Below, piece by piece: positions 12,274 to 26,606 of a stretch of DNA of 64,000 bases (positions within the stretch are counted from its first letter, which is position 1; each line of letters opens with the position of its first letter). Under the pieces are notes generated by a model. That model had not been told where the DNA came from. It made no database searches and saw only the letters and a program-made list of their open reading frames with translations. A program made the position numbers and the translations under genes. The stretch is from Catajapyx aquilonaris (Eukaryota), in assembly GCA_000934665.2 (NCBI GenBank), contig KZ538332.1, positions 1 to 64,000 on the forward strand. Reading direction: 5' to 3'.

Positions 12274-15200
12274 GTGGGTTGCTCTGCAAAGAAATGGGAC
12301 CACTGTCCTCTGTCACGAATACAATCTGCGGAACTTCCGTCGCCTCGGCGAATATCTGCCAAACCGAATGAGGTCACATTTGAAATTCAAATTGTCTGGT
12401 AACACGACTAACATATAGGGTATTTTTAAATTTACAAAGGCAACTATGCCGCGCAAAGGGACTCATACCTGCCACAACAGCATGATGCGCGTTGTAATAC
12501 GAGTAAGTACTGTTTATTTTGAATTCCCTTTGCCTTCTATTGCCATGGAAGATCATGCACGCGGTATTCACATGATAAAACTTGACAAACTTTACATTGC
12601 CCGTATCTTCATTACTGGGTGTAACAACAATTTGTGCTGCATTTTCCTGCTTCCTTACCGCATCTCTCGCGTGCGTTTATATACAAATAGCACAAAAAAA
12701 GAAGTTGAATAGGCCTAGTAGCGTGTCCATGCAAGGTGGAAAGACACGATTTGAGCGGGGTTACTCGTCCCTAACACTAATTTTAATGTATGAATGATTG
12801 GAGTGGGATTCCCAAGAAGCATCCGGTTTAACCCACCGTCATCACAAAACTCCGGTATAGTCCATCATGTCGCAATCGTGAAGTACCCTGGCTTGCTTGG
12901 CTTGGAGAAAACTCCAAGGACACACCTGCTGGGGAATTATCATAATTCTGAGCCCCCAGCAGTTCTCAGAATACGATTTGCATCTATCGGGTCCCAATTT
13001 GCAGGCGAGTGTGACCAGCGTTTGGTAATCAGCGGTTATGAGGTCTGGTTTTGGTGGTGAGTCATATGGTTGGCGATGATGGTTTGGATTACAAATGGGC
13101 GCCAATATTTGTATATAACAAATACGAATTCACGATATTCTTTTATTTTTCTTGAGCCTAGCAACTAGAGTCAAGAGTCGCAACAATGGCAAATTTGTAA
13201 ACAACTCATAAGTTATATGTGGGGCTGGAAATTCGGCAGTGCTCCACAAGTTCTCTGTATTCCACAGATTTATGGGACATGTGAGTATGTTCGTGTGTGA
13301 TGTAATTATATATAGGTACTGTCATATTATGTTTCATGCCTTGGACCTATCTGGATATTGTAATGGGTCACGGCAAGCATTACTGTTCGATTCCACAATG
13401 CAAATCTCTGAGGCTCGTACTTTCTGTTCTCTCCCAGAGAGGGCAAAAGCAACGTGGCCTTCACGGATGAAGTACGTACCAACATTTGCCAATAGATAGC
13501 GCACTATGCCTTTTCTGTTACTTTTTCTGACTGACTTATTGAGTTTATCAACAAAATTCACGCTCATTTATGGTGTAGTCTCAATGAAAATATTCACTAT
13601 CAATTTCTCTCTGTGACTTACGAGATATTGCCCTTTCTAAGCATAACGATATTTTTAGCTTTCAATAGCATAGGGTGCTGATGCTACTTGTTATTGTGTA
13701 CTCTAGCAGCATATCCTATAACAATCAGGGTATAGGCTGTCTTATCAGTTATTTATGTACATGATTTTCTTGCGAAACATGATCATCGCTGAGGTATATA
13801 TCTGAGATATGCTAACAGCTACAAGCGCAATAGCCATGAGCTATGTTATTGTTTTTGCTGTTGAAGGTAACCTGGTATATTCCGGTTTGTATCTACGTAT
13901 GCGTTATCCCTCATTCGTGACGTAGTGGGTGTCCTTGCCATAAAATAAAAAAAATTAAGGGCATTATGCAGTACAGGATACTTACGACAGTGGAGGTACT
14001 TTGAAGGTAGTCAGATTAGAATAAGTAATTCGTAATTAAGGTCATGCAGAAGCTCGTTATTGTGCAAGAAGGCTTACAATGCATCTCTGAAATAAAAAGG
14101 TTGGATTATACCCCCGGATTTATTAGCCCCATTTGAGACCACTTATTTCGGCACGGCTTTTAGGGTAGACAACCCATGCGGGTACAGCACCGTACATAGT
14201 ATCCCGCAAAGGAGTGAAAATGGGCCACTTCGATGCGTTACATAATATTGCTATGGCAATGATGTGATGTTTTTCATTGCCACATTTCGTCAACAAAAAA
14301 ATATAATTATATTTTCAAGGAATCGTAACCTCGCTTTATTGCAATAGTAACACTCGGCTAGCTGGGAATTTTTCTGTGAATGTCATTATACCGTGAAAAA
14401 ATGCGCCGCCTGTTACATAACGCTATTCCCGGATGCTTCTCACTTTGATACTTTTAGGCCCCATATGACCCCCATGCTTGATTGGCAAGGTCTTCTGTAA
14501 GTTGTACACAAGACCTTGACAGCCAATTTGTGTCATTGGATGGTAGTTATTTTAATCAAACAAAAAGGGTCGCTGCTTCCTGTCGCTTCCAATTGTTACC
14601 ACTTACCAGTGCCAAAACCTGGCTTTTTCGTCCCGTTTTTAGAGCGCCCGTAACATCCAAAAAAGCAACGGTTGTTTCTGGGTCAAGGTGTGAATGTAGG
14701 CCGTCTCACATCTGACCTCTTTTCGGACACATCCGTGAAGCGTAAAGTTCGTGTCGTACATGCTGCGGTTTTCATATTCTAGAGGAGACATACGCAGTGT
14801 TTATCATTTCTGTGCATGCCAGCGACTTTTATATTCCCTACGATGCGCAAAAAGGCCGCGTCCTTTGCAATAAGTCATCAACAGCCTGCGGGGGCCTTCT
14901 AGACGCAAGACGCCACTGACCTTTTCGAGCGAGTAAAAGGGGCTAATTAAAGCATTTTCTAAGTGTCGGTAAATTGTGCAGACTTTGCCCCCCTTTCGAC
15001 TCGGGGCACCCCTGGTCGTCCTTGGGCCCCATTTGACTTCGCGTAATACCGGCCAGATGGACTTTGGGCAGAGGCGGAGGTGCGGAGGGCCAATAGCAGA
15101 TCACCATTTTTGTGTACGGCCATCTTATCCGGAGTCGGCCATCTTATCACGATGGACTCTGGCCACCTGGTTTGATAACCGGTCGAAGTGACCGGAACAT

Positions 15201-16049
15201 TTTCGAGGCGTGTCTGACCATAAGTCACCGCGAGTGAATCTTAACCTTGCGGCAATGACCGTATTTTTTTTTTCTTCTTCTGTATAGCAATTTTCGTGCG
15301 AAATATTCGTGCGAAAAATGGGAGGGGTCGTATGTAGCAGAGAGAGTTGTTATTTAATATCACGTAAGTGCTGGAGGGGGGGGGGGGGGGGGGGGTTNGG
15401 GGGGGGAGGAGGATTTTGCGTGGAATTTTTGCACGAAAAGGAACCTTGTTATCGAAGGCTGTTGGTGATGATGCATGCGCGGATCAGTAGCAAATGGTTA
15501 CCAGTCAACATTTGGGTCACGTGTGATTGAAACAGCGTCCTGTTTGAGCTGCGATATGGTATCACACGACGATAACCTCTTCAATATGTTTTAGGTTGAC
15601 ATGTTTTTAGTATACTACTGGCAAAAATAACTTTTTTTTCCCCTTAACAATGTTAATAAATGCGTGGCTCCACGTGTTCGCCTATACAGCACGTGAATCG
15701 GCAACATTTTCCAGACGGCTACTGCACTGTGAACCAAAATAATATCTGCACGTTAATCTAATCTCGAATTTAGGTTACACACTTGGTCATTTCCTAAGTC
15801 AATAACGTGATGTAATATTTTGTCACACAAAGGAAGATAACCTGGCTTATTGCTGCAATGTTCTGCACTGGATCCTGTAGCTTGACGTTTTGCATATTTC
15901 ATAACTGTATGCCCACCTTCTGATGCGCGCCTGTGAGACTATTGGCATCTTGGGTTAGCCAATATTGTTTCCCATCCATGTATGGCTTTATTTATTCTTT
16001 ATACCAAAGGTCAATGCAATAATGATGCCAGGAACCAGCAGCTTACTTT

Positions 16050-16051
<2 letters not shown>

Positions 16052-16132
<81 letters not shown>
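16052..16132. repeat. (AAT)n microsatellite
   Basis: Direct reading. Confidence 0.95.
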
Positions 16133-16133
<1 letters not shown>

Positions 16134-16649
16134 TACTGCAGCGCATTGTTCAATTTGACTGGTCATTCCTGCGTAACTCCGCATCACCGACTTATTCATA
16201 TGCCTTATTGCCTTCCAATGACGTCAAGTTCAAATTCACCGCTCCAAAATACACACCCTCCCAGTGTTGCCACATCACCCTTCAACTCCGGCCTCCACCC
16301 ACAGCCTGCATGCCTCTATCGCTCTCATCCACTATCACGCAACACTAATTAACCATTTCAACAAAACCCTCGTAATTAATTAATGCTCGTGACAGAATTT
16401 TAATCCGAAAAATGGCAACACTGCCAGTTTGCCACATTCAACCGACTCCTATAGGTCCCACCCGACTCATCCTACCTTCGGATTGGTCCGGGAAAATATA
16501 CTGGAAATTTACACAATCAAGTCCGTTGAAGTAGGTCCAATGGAGGTGATGTGTACGCATGCGCTGCACTGGGTGGCTTGGATAGTGTATACTAGGGTTA
16601 TATCCTATAGAGGGGGAGTGTAGGGGAGGTGTGTACGGGCACACTCGTC

Positions 16650-16897
16650 CTTGCCGCAGTCAGCGCAGTGTGATTCCTTCAATAGTGTAGATTTGATGTA
16701 CGTTTTCCGCTGAGCTGCTATCAGGAGCTGCTATTTTACATATTTTGGTGATTTTTTTTTTTTTAATTAGCGGGAATTGTGTTGGGAATTCATCGTGGGT
16801 ACGAAGGCTGTCCAGTGCTGTGTGGTGTGTGAGGGGAGGGGCCTACCTGCCCCGGGGCAAACACACCTACGCTTCTGCACTTTAAACCTAAGTAAGT
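16650..16897 (+). promoter_or_regulatory. Possible CPT1 promoter / non-coding first exon
   Basis: CpG-rich, G-rich segment with Inr-like GCAGT motifs and a strong A/GTAAGT donor at 16892. CPT1 needs an upstream UTR exon. Speculative. Confidence 0.25.
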
Positions 16898-18930
16898 ATT
16901 GATATTTATAAGTATGGAATTTTTAGATATGGAAGTATTTAAAATGCATTATTTTGAGACAGTACCTACTATATTATATATATTTCATAGAACTTGATTG
17001 GCCAGTTTTCGAGGGGTCCACTCAGAAATCGTGGTTCTCGAAAAGTAAATTGGTAGGCAGACCCCCATTTGAATAGTTACACGTTGGATGTGCCTCAGGC
17101 GCATTCTAAGTTGGGTCAAAAGTAGTGGCCAGAATGCATCCATTAGTTTAATGGGATGTTGGCTATTGCGAGAACTAATGGTTATATATTAAGTGGCATG
17201 CAATTGTCAATAGGTTTAAATGATGCCATGTGCGCTGATTACACATTATTTGTATGAGGATAAAGCACTATCAGTATAACTGTATATGATCAGCTGATTT
17301 TCAAGAGCAATGTTACAATGAGTACGAAGTATATTACGATGGTAAGGCTGACCTCCCCCTCCCCCCATTTCCTCCCATCCTTGTCCCCCCAAAACCCCCA
17401 CGTTTCCCCGTCCCCATTTCCCCCTTCCTTTCCTCTTCTCTCTCCCTCCCCCCCCTACCCTTTCTCCCGGTTCCCCTCTCACAGGTTCCCACCACCATCC
17501 CGTTCTACCCCTCCTTCAACTATCGCACTGGTACCCAATAATGAAATCGTGTCATGACAGGACAACTCTGCGCGATTTTACAATCAACTTAGAAAAAATG
17601 GTGAATCAACATTTTATGGCTATAAATTGCGTTGTTTTCTGCGGTTTTCCCACCCGTTTTATTTATACATATAAAAAAAATAGTATAGCCACGAGCATAA
17701 AGATGTGGACTGGCTTACTCCCATTGCTATTAGTAGAAGAGCTGGTAGTGTCACCTTATCAATATTCTTATAGTGTGGCCTGGACTGGAAGGCCTATCCT
17801 GGCACCTGGTGTTGGTGAGGTGAAGAGGTCGTGGAGCCCCATAATACTGTGCACATCTTTATGCTAGCGATTGTACAAATTTGTTTACCTAATTCACATG
17901 AAAAACAATGATCAAAGTCAGTCGGGGTAGTATTTAACATCATGGAAAGATTGAGACCTTGAAGGAATAATAGCTGGTAATGAATGCACTTATGGATAGC
18001 CTTCGTGATTAGGCACTACTTCCACGAAATGGTAGGACAGTATAACCTGCATATAGCAAAGACGTGTCGACTACGCAGCAATAAGATATGATTTACCATG
18101 TAATGTCGGAATATCGCGGTACCTGTATAAGGTCTGAGGAAGCATTTTTCGTCTACAAAAGAGCCAGGAATGTTTGTTAATCGTTACATCATAGCTGAGA
18201 AAATAACACAACTTTGCCAGCTGGAAAATGTAGGGTGAAATATGCGTATAGCGGAGTCGCGCTCCACTCTGCGAATTTCCGTAATAGGTAAGGTTCTGTT
18301 ACATGGGACATTACTAAACTAGGAAATGTAAGGCGCTTTAACCGAATTGGCGCCTCAAGTTTGGATCGATGAAGTTGTGAAACGGCCCGCATTAATTTCG
18401 TTAAAGCAGGGATTTCCTTATTGATGGACTCAAAAATGCCGCCCTTGAACAGGTGCCGTGTCGGACAATGGGAAATCCTCTCTCATGGCTGAGAACGTAC
18501 AATATTCCACTCTAGACAAGTTTCCGCTATGTACAGGGACCAGGTTTCGCTTACGGAAATGTTTACAGATATTTCGCTCTAGAGCACTGCATGTAAATGG
18601 AATCATATAGCAGGTTGCGGTAAATACGTAGCTGATATATGCAAGATGCAACGGGATTACTGTAGGTGGTTACTTTTCACAGTTGCTTTTAAAAGCTATC
18701 GCAGTATTTGCTAATATTAGGTTGAATGGACGCGCGTCCTTTTAAAACACTGCGGAAGCGTCTGGGCTGAGATAAATGGATTCAACCCTTGACCTCGTGT
18801 GGCTCGAGGTGTGTCATTCCCACTGCGAAGTCCGTAGTTCACTGTGACTGAAGGAATGTTATTCAACCCAATACAGTAAAACCTGCCTATAGCGGAATTT
18901 TTTAAAGGACCCGACGCAGGATTTGCGATG

Positions 18931-19626
18931 TACAATGTACTCCTGATTATCCGGGCTAATGAATGCATGGTGTCGCCGGATAATCGGAAAACACGGATAA
19001 TCCACATATGGTTCTAGATGTCGTAAAATGAGCTATTCACAGGCTTTTAATGAACGACTGACTGTACTCTATCAGGGGCGGATCCAGGGAGGAATTTTGG
19101 AGGAGGAACTATTCTAATGGCGGGCAAAATTTGTTGGGGGTTCAAGGCTCCGTGGTTCAAGGTCACACGAGCTTAGGTGAATCTGGGAGGTGTGAGTTTA
19201 GTATGAAAGAAGGCCGAAAAAATTGCTGTTCGAATGAAATCTGAGGTGATTGTTATAATTTTAAAGAGTCTTAGGCTGATTGGGGGGGGGGGGGNCCCCC
19301 CCCCCCGGTGGATCCTCCCCTGACGATATCTCTCAAAATGATGGAGACACTTTTGCATTTGGCTTAAATGCAAAATCGTCTCCCATCTTTTTGAGCGATA
19401 TAGTATATAACTACATACTTTATCCTGCTTTAAATCAGATTAATCAAAATTAGAAAAATTTCCGTAGATTTTTAGTTTGTCTTCTGAAAAAAAGTCCGTC
19501 ATATTTCTTTGCGAGACAATAAGTTGTCATTTTTTCGGACTTTTCTTTGTTTTCCTTTGTTTTGGCGATGCACCGATAATCCACAACACGGATAATCGGA
19601 ATCCGAATAATCGGGAGTGCAGTGTA
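18931..19626. mobile_element. Tigger-like MITE containing a nested CAGGGGCGGATCC-type MITE (19073-19322)
   Basis: Degenerate TIRs tacaatgtactcctgattatccg / cgaataatcgggagtgcagtgta; inner caggggcggatcca...tggatcctcccctg. Confidence 0.55.
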
Positions 19627-19744
19627 TCTTTGTCATATATAGCGGAAACCTGTTATTGACTGAAAAATTTTGCGGACTCGACCACTATTAGCAAGTTATT
19701 TTTTTTATAGCCTCCAGCAGTAACTGCTTAATAATGTTTTAATG

Positions 19745-20050
19745 AACCGAAGCAGGTTGGCGTAGTGGTTAAGGAATCCGACTGCTAATCGGGAGGTCCT
19801 GAGTTTGAGTCCCGGGGCCGGCGATCCTGACTGTGGTTTTCTGTTGTTTTCCACGGTTCCCTCAGGATAATTCCGGGGCCGCTTCCGTATAATAGGCCAC
19901 AGCCGCTTCCTTCCCTATCCTCGGCCCCACCCATGTGCGTAGAAAAATTTCAGAAAAATTGATATTGGTAAAATGGTGGTATTCCATCACCTTAATGGAG
20001 CGCCGATTCTCCCAATGGGGTAAAACAAATAAACAAATAAAAATGAATAA
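19745..20050 (+). mobile_element. tRNA-derived SINE with target-site duplication
   Basis: A box TGGCGTAGTGG, B-box-like GTTTGAGTCC, SINE-type body, (AAAT/AAAC) tail; TSD ataatgttttaatg at 19731-19744 and 20051-20064. Confidence 0.85.
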
Positions 20051-21353
20051 ATAATGTTTTAATGCCTATAGTCAAATAATTCGAAAGCCGATACTTTTTC
20101 CGCAAATTCGGTACGTCAACTTCACATTTGCAGATAATTTTGACGTAGGCTACTTATAAAATATTAATGGAGTATAATCCTTGAAGATGTAAATTAAGGC
20201 TGATGTGAAAATCGGGTAATTTGTGAGACGTGCAAGTAAATTGTTTGCATGGGGAAAGTACCCAAGGCAATCTTGTACATGTATTATAATTGAAAACTTG
20301 GGAGTTTCAAAATGATAATTATTAATTACTATGAATTAACAGTTGCCAGAACATTCTAAAGGAAATGCGCTGCTTGGTGTAAGTGATCAAAGACTATTAC
20401 TTAATTCCAGTAAGTGCAATGACCTGTCGATTTCGGAGGTCACTAGTCTGTGATCTCTGATCTGTTATTCTTCCCCTTATTTGAAATGGATTTATGTGCA
20501 TTTTATTTGCATAAATGAGAATAAGCAAATAGGTCGTAATGAATGTGAGATAACTGAAGATCCGTTATGGACCGTGTAAAGAAATTGACCCAAGTAATGG
20601 CATTACAATCCAGAGTGAGTTGCTTATGTGCCAAGGTCTGAACATTCCATATTTATGTGCTCTCCTTGCATAACATTTACTGTTCAGTTTAAACCCAAAT
20701 TTTATCATTTGTAACACGTCACCATGATGGCAGCAAAAGTGACATAATAACCCACTTGAAGTTTTGTAGTAAACATTCAACCTGAATGTAGTAACATAGC
20801 TCGTATTTCACAATAACCTTTTACATAAACAACCCAGTTCAATGATAAGTGCGATTGATCTAGCTGAGTGCATCCTGTTACATATATATCACTCTTCTTA
20901 TGTAGCAAGAGAGGTCAGACAATGAACTTATGAATGATGTGAGACAGAATTAAGTATATCTCAGCTACTTCTGTTTTATTTTCTTTTGACTTTTTTTTTA
21001 AAATGGGCATCAACCTTGGATGTGGTTGGCTCTAGGCCAGTTGGAAAGGCTTTTACATAATCGTGCAGTGGTTGGGTTGGAAGGCGGTAGTTTATCTTGG
21101 ATTATCTTGATAATCGAAGCTTACTACAGGTGATAAGAGTGCTGGCCACTTCGAAGGTGTTTGTAGTGCTCTTTAAAAACCTTAATTGCACAGGTTGGGT
21201 TGAACATTATTGTCTGTAAAGGTGGAAGAATGTAGTGTTTGACAAGTGCTTTACTTATATACTTTACTTATTTACTTATATACTTGTATTACTAACATTT
21301 GTAGTATGGTCTGAGAATTTAGCTTGGTTTACAGGCACATGTGGGATTGTTAA

Positions 21354-21860
21354 AGGGACACTCCACTCAAAATGCAAGTTGGGCTCTAAAAATCGGGCAA
21401 GAAATCCTGATTCCGAGTGTATCAGCAGTTTTTCTGAGAGACGAACGGTAAGGCCAGAGCGAGCCGTCAAAGTTAGGCAATTCGAATCTGGCGCAAAACA
21501 GCAGCGCCTCCTCCGGGACTGCCCGGGACTGGGCAGAAATTTGGATATTCTTGCGCCATCTTGATCCACGCCATGGTCCGCGCCATCTTTGGTCCGTCCC
21601 ACAGGTTTATCCCGCCACCTCTTGACCCGACCCGACTTTCAGCACTGTATCACTTTCGCCTAGTGCCCGGTGGCGGCGCTCACGGCGGTGGCGGACTGGG
21701 CTGGCGGGGCAGCTCATTAGCAGACGACGCAAATTCTGAGTCTTTAACGCCTCGTCCTGGCTTTTCTGTTCCGCGTAGAAAAAAACCGATTGCACCTTCG
21801 GAATCAGGATTTTTTGCCCGATTTTTAGAGCCCAACTTGCATTTTGAGTGGAGTGTCCCT
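21354..21860. mobile_element. Kolobok-like MITE
   Basis: ~60-bp near-perfect TIRs AGGGACACTCCACTCAAAATGCAAG..., flanked by TTAA on both sides. Confidence 0.85.
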
Positions 21861-22921
21861 TTAAATGTGCCATTTGGTTGCCATATCTGCATGGGCGTAC
21901 AGTACATATTGAAGCATGTTTCAGTGCTCCTTGGCGTAACTGAATACATAAGTACACGCTGTATAAAGTTGGCGACAATTCTTTGTGTGCAGAGAAATGT
22001 AATGAAATGAACTTTCAGTGCCAGGCGTGGTACTAGAGGTTTCAGAAGGCTATTATTCTAACACATCGTGCATGTAGTAGAAATATAATTGGTAAATTTT
22101 ATTGTGTGTTTATTGCCCGAGTAATCTTTAGTCTTATTACCGGTATTGTAAACTTGACATCACCTATGGAACTTGTCAACTTCAAAACTTTCACTTGGCC
22201 AACTATAATTTTATTCGTCAACCTCAAATATTTGCACTGTCTGATACCATACTGGGGGGGAGGTGTCAATTATTATCGATGGCCTTGAGCGCCTAGTTAT
22301 GATTTTTTTTTAAGTGGTCAGTAAAAAAATGCCTCATTTAAAACCATCAATGGTTCCAACATTTTCGCGGCAGCCTGTGGGTTTACAATCGAGTTATTTA
22401 TGTTCGTTTAATTGTAATTAAGACAGTAGCAACGCAGTTTTTAGTATTTGCGGTGGGAACAAAGGAGGAAGGAAAAGGAGGAGGAGGAGGAGTGAAGTTA
22501 AGGCAAGATGCGAATTAGTAAATTGTTAATAAATGCTGGAATTGATGGGCTCCATGGCCAAATTATTTAGCTGGGTCCAGAACTTTTCTGGAAATCGTTA
22601 TCGTGCCGGAAGTAATGGCCAGACTAGGACATTGAAATCGGCGAATTTTTTTCGAACGTAAATAAGTGTTTTTGTCTTAATTCCAATTAAACGATCACAA
22701 ATAACCTGACTGTAAAAGCCGACGCGAAAATATTGGAGCCATCGATGGTTTTAAATGTAATTTCTTGATTAAATACTTCTGCAAAAATTCTCAAACACTG
22801 TATGCGTCTTTGCGCATGGCCATCAAAATTTGACACTTATGTTTTCTCTCCGATAAAAAGTAGCGAATTGGAGCTAATGTAGCCATTCTTATAATTATAG
22901 GCTAGTACGTGTTACACATAA

Positions 22922-24447
22922 TAATTGAACCATGGAATAGGAAAACAGGTCAAGTCGACTCGAAAATGACTTGGCACTTATGCGCTTGTTGCTCTGAGCC
23001 TCGCTGTACGCCAAACGGAGCATCGCAGGCGCACCAAACTCAGGTGGTAGGTGCGCCTGGCGAATCCATGACGACACAAGGTGTCACGAATCCGATACGA
23101 GTAACGAGTGGCGAATGGGAGCAGTGTCTTTGACCTCCCACCCTCTGGGCACCCCCGTAGACTTGACCTGTTTTCCGATTCCAATGCGAGTTCGAGGCCA
23201 CGTTGACCCCTCTGCAGGTCATAGTGATTGTCGCACCTGAACCAAACCAAAATGGCATTTCTCTAGCGGCGAATTCGAATTTATCCCCAGTATCACGAAA
23301 CCGACAGCACAGACGAGTCAAATGCGGCACTGGTTTATCTGATCCCCCTCCTGGGTTTTGATGTCGCCTGTAGTGCAGTAGATTATACTAGGTGTAGGTA
23401 TGTGTACAGTGTTGGACACTAATCGAGTCATACTGCTAGCGACATTTTCCGGTGCGGCAGAAGAATGAATCTTGCTCGCACGGCTTGCACTATGGTCTTA
23501 GAATACTAAGGTCTGGAGTTCTGGACACTTCCTCTTATCACCTGCCGGGGCGTTTTGCATGAGGTGCTCACTTGAGAGCGCCATGAGACAACTTTTCTCT
23601 GCTCAATTATGTGGCGACCCTACCGGACTATGCTGAACTAAGGTAGAAGAGAAGCCGCTACATGCGGGCCCAACATGGCCGCAGGCGACCATGTTGGTTC
23701 CCCCAATGTAGCGCTTCCCTTTTGTACCTATAAAGTTCAGCGTAGTCTGGTAGGGCGTCGCCACATAATAGAGCGGCGAAAGGTCTCATGGCGCTCTCAG
23801 GTGAGCATCTCATGCAAAACGCCCCGGCAGGCGATAAGATAAGATTGTAGGGGAAGTGTCCGGGGGCTGGCTTGCACTGTCCATATCTTCGATTCATTCT
23901 TCTGCCGCATCGGAAAATGTCGCTAGCAGTATGACTCGATAAATGTCCAACACTGTACACATACCTACACCAAGTATAATCTACTGCACGTCTGCACTAT
24001 AGGCGACATCAAATCCCAGGGGTGGGATCAGATAAACCAGTGCCCCATTAGACTCGTCTGGGCTATCGGTATCGTGACACCGATGATAGGTACGGATTCG
24101 CCGCAAGCAAAATACCATATTAGTTTGGTCCAGGTGCGACAATCACTCGACCTGCAGAGGGGTCAACGTGGCCTCGAACTCGCATTGAAATCGGAAAACA
24201 GGTCAAGTCTACGGGGGTGCCCAGAGGGTGGGGCGTCAAAGACACTGCTCCCATTCGTCACTCGTTACTCGTATCGGATTTGTGACACCTTATATCGTCA
24301 TGGATTCGCCAGGCGCACCTACCACCCGAGTTTGGTGCGCCTGCGATGCTCCGTTTGTCGTACAGCGAGTCTCAGAGCAACAAGTGTATAAGTGCCAAGT
24401 CATTTTCGAGTCGACTTGACCTGTTTTCCGATTCCATGGTTCAATTA
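22922..24447. mobile_element. 1.5-kb foldback palindrome (nested MITEs), centre ~23683
   Basis: The two arms are reverse complements from end to centre; inner TA-CAGTGTTGG...CCAACACTG-TA element at 23407-23955. Confidence 0.85.
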
Positions 24448-25931
24448 AGCAATGTCTCCAATGACACTTTGCATGAATATTTTGGGTTTTTAATTCGTGA
24501 AATTTCCGCGGTCAAACGCAGGGGCCAATATTTCTGGAAACAAATGGATAGTAGTAGGAGGGAAATTCGGCCCTATAAAAGTTATTTGCAATAATGGTAC
24601 AATTTTATAATGAGTCTTTTTTTTTTGGCAAACTGTCAGTTTCGGCCACCTTTTGTTATAGTATTAATACATGTGAAAATGTATTAATAGCATGCTACGC
24701 ACATTCTCCAAAAAGGAAGAGTTGATGCTTGTTTTTTATAAGTTCATTGCTCTTACCCTGGTCCCCTACACTTTCACCTTCAACGCAAGTGATTTGGAAG
24801 CTTAGCGGTTTCTATTTGGGGGAGTGTCGGCCCTGTAGAATGTTGGCTGCCGGCAAACTTAGTAGTGTTGGTACCTTTTTTTTCAGCTTAAAAGTTGAGT
24901 CTGATGCCTGATTCCAGGGCAATCTGGTGTGCTTTGAGTGTGCTTGAAACTCCTGTGATTGTGATTGGTTGGAGAAGTGGGTTGGATCATCAGGGTGTGA
25001 TGCTGACAGAACTTGTCAGCTGCACTCTTATGCTTGGGGCTACAACAATCTAATCAGAGGGGGTGGGCTTGAATATATGAGAAACTTGGGTCAGATCTTG
25101 ACACATTTTAAGAAGGGAAAGGGATATTGTGGAACCCATCGTTAATGGTACACTTCACTGCATGCATGTAAAATTTTATGGAGGGAGAAAGAATCATTAC
25201 CAGTTTGGATAATTTCCCTTCTTTTAGGACAATATTGTATGTCAAAGGTTACAAATCATTTGCTTCAGTAGGCATGGAACAATGAACTATGGCCTCCACA
25301 ATGGATTGTCTATGCAGTCACGTCATGAACATGAAATTTCACATCACACTCTTTGTAGTTGGGTGACATCTGACCTTCCTTTATTGTGCTCTGACACTGT
25401 GCTACTGGCTTCATATAAGGAGACCTACTTAAAAATTAGTGCCCAGGGAGATGGTGTCCTGTAATTCCAAGAAAAGGAGGCAAGTTTCCTGCTTGAATGA
25501 GATCATAGGAAACAGGTTTCTGTGACTTTTAGGCAACCTCCCTGTGGTGCCAAATTGGTAGCTGAAATAAGTCGCTATCCATGTACAAATAGAAAAATCC
25601 CCTGGTGCATAGCAAGAAAATTGCAGAAGGAAATGCTCAAGGTTTTTTAGAATATTAGATTGCTGAATGTGGAGGATTGGGAAACTGAGGGTAAAACTAA
25701 TGAGCTTATTTATATGTGTAGTGATGAAAACAAGGAAGAATCCATGTGGAACTAAATGGTGCACATGAAAAAAATATCGTTAGCAATAATAAAGGATTTC
25801 TGTTACGGACATAGGAATTTCTCTTGTGGAAAGATTTTCGGTGTTTTTTTTTGTGGTGGTGGTGGTGTGCATGTGTGTGTGACCATCAAAATCCATCACA
25901 GCACAGCAATTAAGTAAAGACGGGCATTTAA

Positions 25932-26606
25932 GGGGGCGCAGTAGCAAAAATACGGTAAACCCAGACGGCTCTCTGTCAAAGTGTGCTCCTGGTGTGCCTA
26001 CCGAATGTTCGCACAGCAATAGCAAGCAATTGTTGCCACCTCTCAAACAATCCCCGTCCTGTTGCTATGCCGCCTTCCCGCCCTACAGTTGAACCTTATC
26101 GACTCGCCTTCAGCCTCGTATATTTCCCGCAACAATCGGCACCCCCTGTCTACGACCCCAACACACTTGTTCCTGTATGCAGCATTATGGGGGATTCGGC
26201 ATTGCCTCCATTTATGTGGCCTTATACAGGCTGCGGCAGCAAAAAAAGGTTCAAACGACACAGAAATTGCACCAAAAAATAGATGATCTGGCGCAGGGCA
26301 CCTACAGTAGTTCGTTTTCTTTTCGTTTCGTTTTCAGCCTAGAAATGACATTTACGGCGCGTTGAAATGAACGGGAAAAGGTGTCTCCGAAAAGTCCACT
26401 TGAATAGCATGGAATAGCAAGAATCGCGAAAAAATCGGACACATTTCTGTGGCCGTATGTCCACAATTCTAATGCAATCGTATCTAGTAGGGTATCATTG
26501 TAAAGGCCGAACCTTTGCGCAGGGTACTTCGTGCTTTTTGAGATTTACGACGCGTTTCGCCACAAAACATTTAAGTTCCCTATGAAACGCGTTACCTTAT
26601 ATTTGC
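25932..26606 (+). mobile_element. Kolobok-like non-autonomous element, copy 1
   Basis: TTAA-GGGGGCGCAGTAGCAAAAATACGGT start; colinear similarity to 29489-30125. Confidence 0.75.

Noticed and set aside
12103..16348. Poly-Leu/Ser/Asn/Tyr ORFs
   Set aside because: Translations of trinucleotide microsatellites.
19752..19823. tRNA(Ser)-like sequence; also the tRNA-like head at 34873-34800
   Set aside because: The cloverleaf is imperfect and is followed by a SINE body, tail and TSD, so these are SINE heads rather than tRNA genes.
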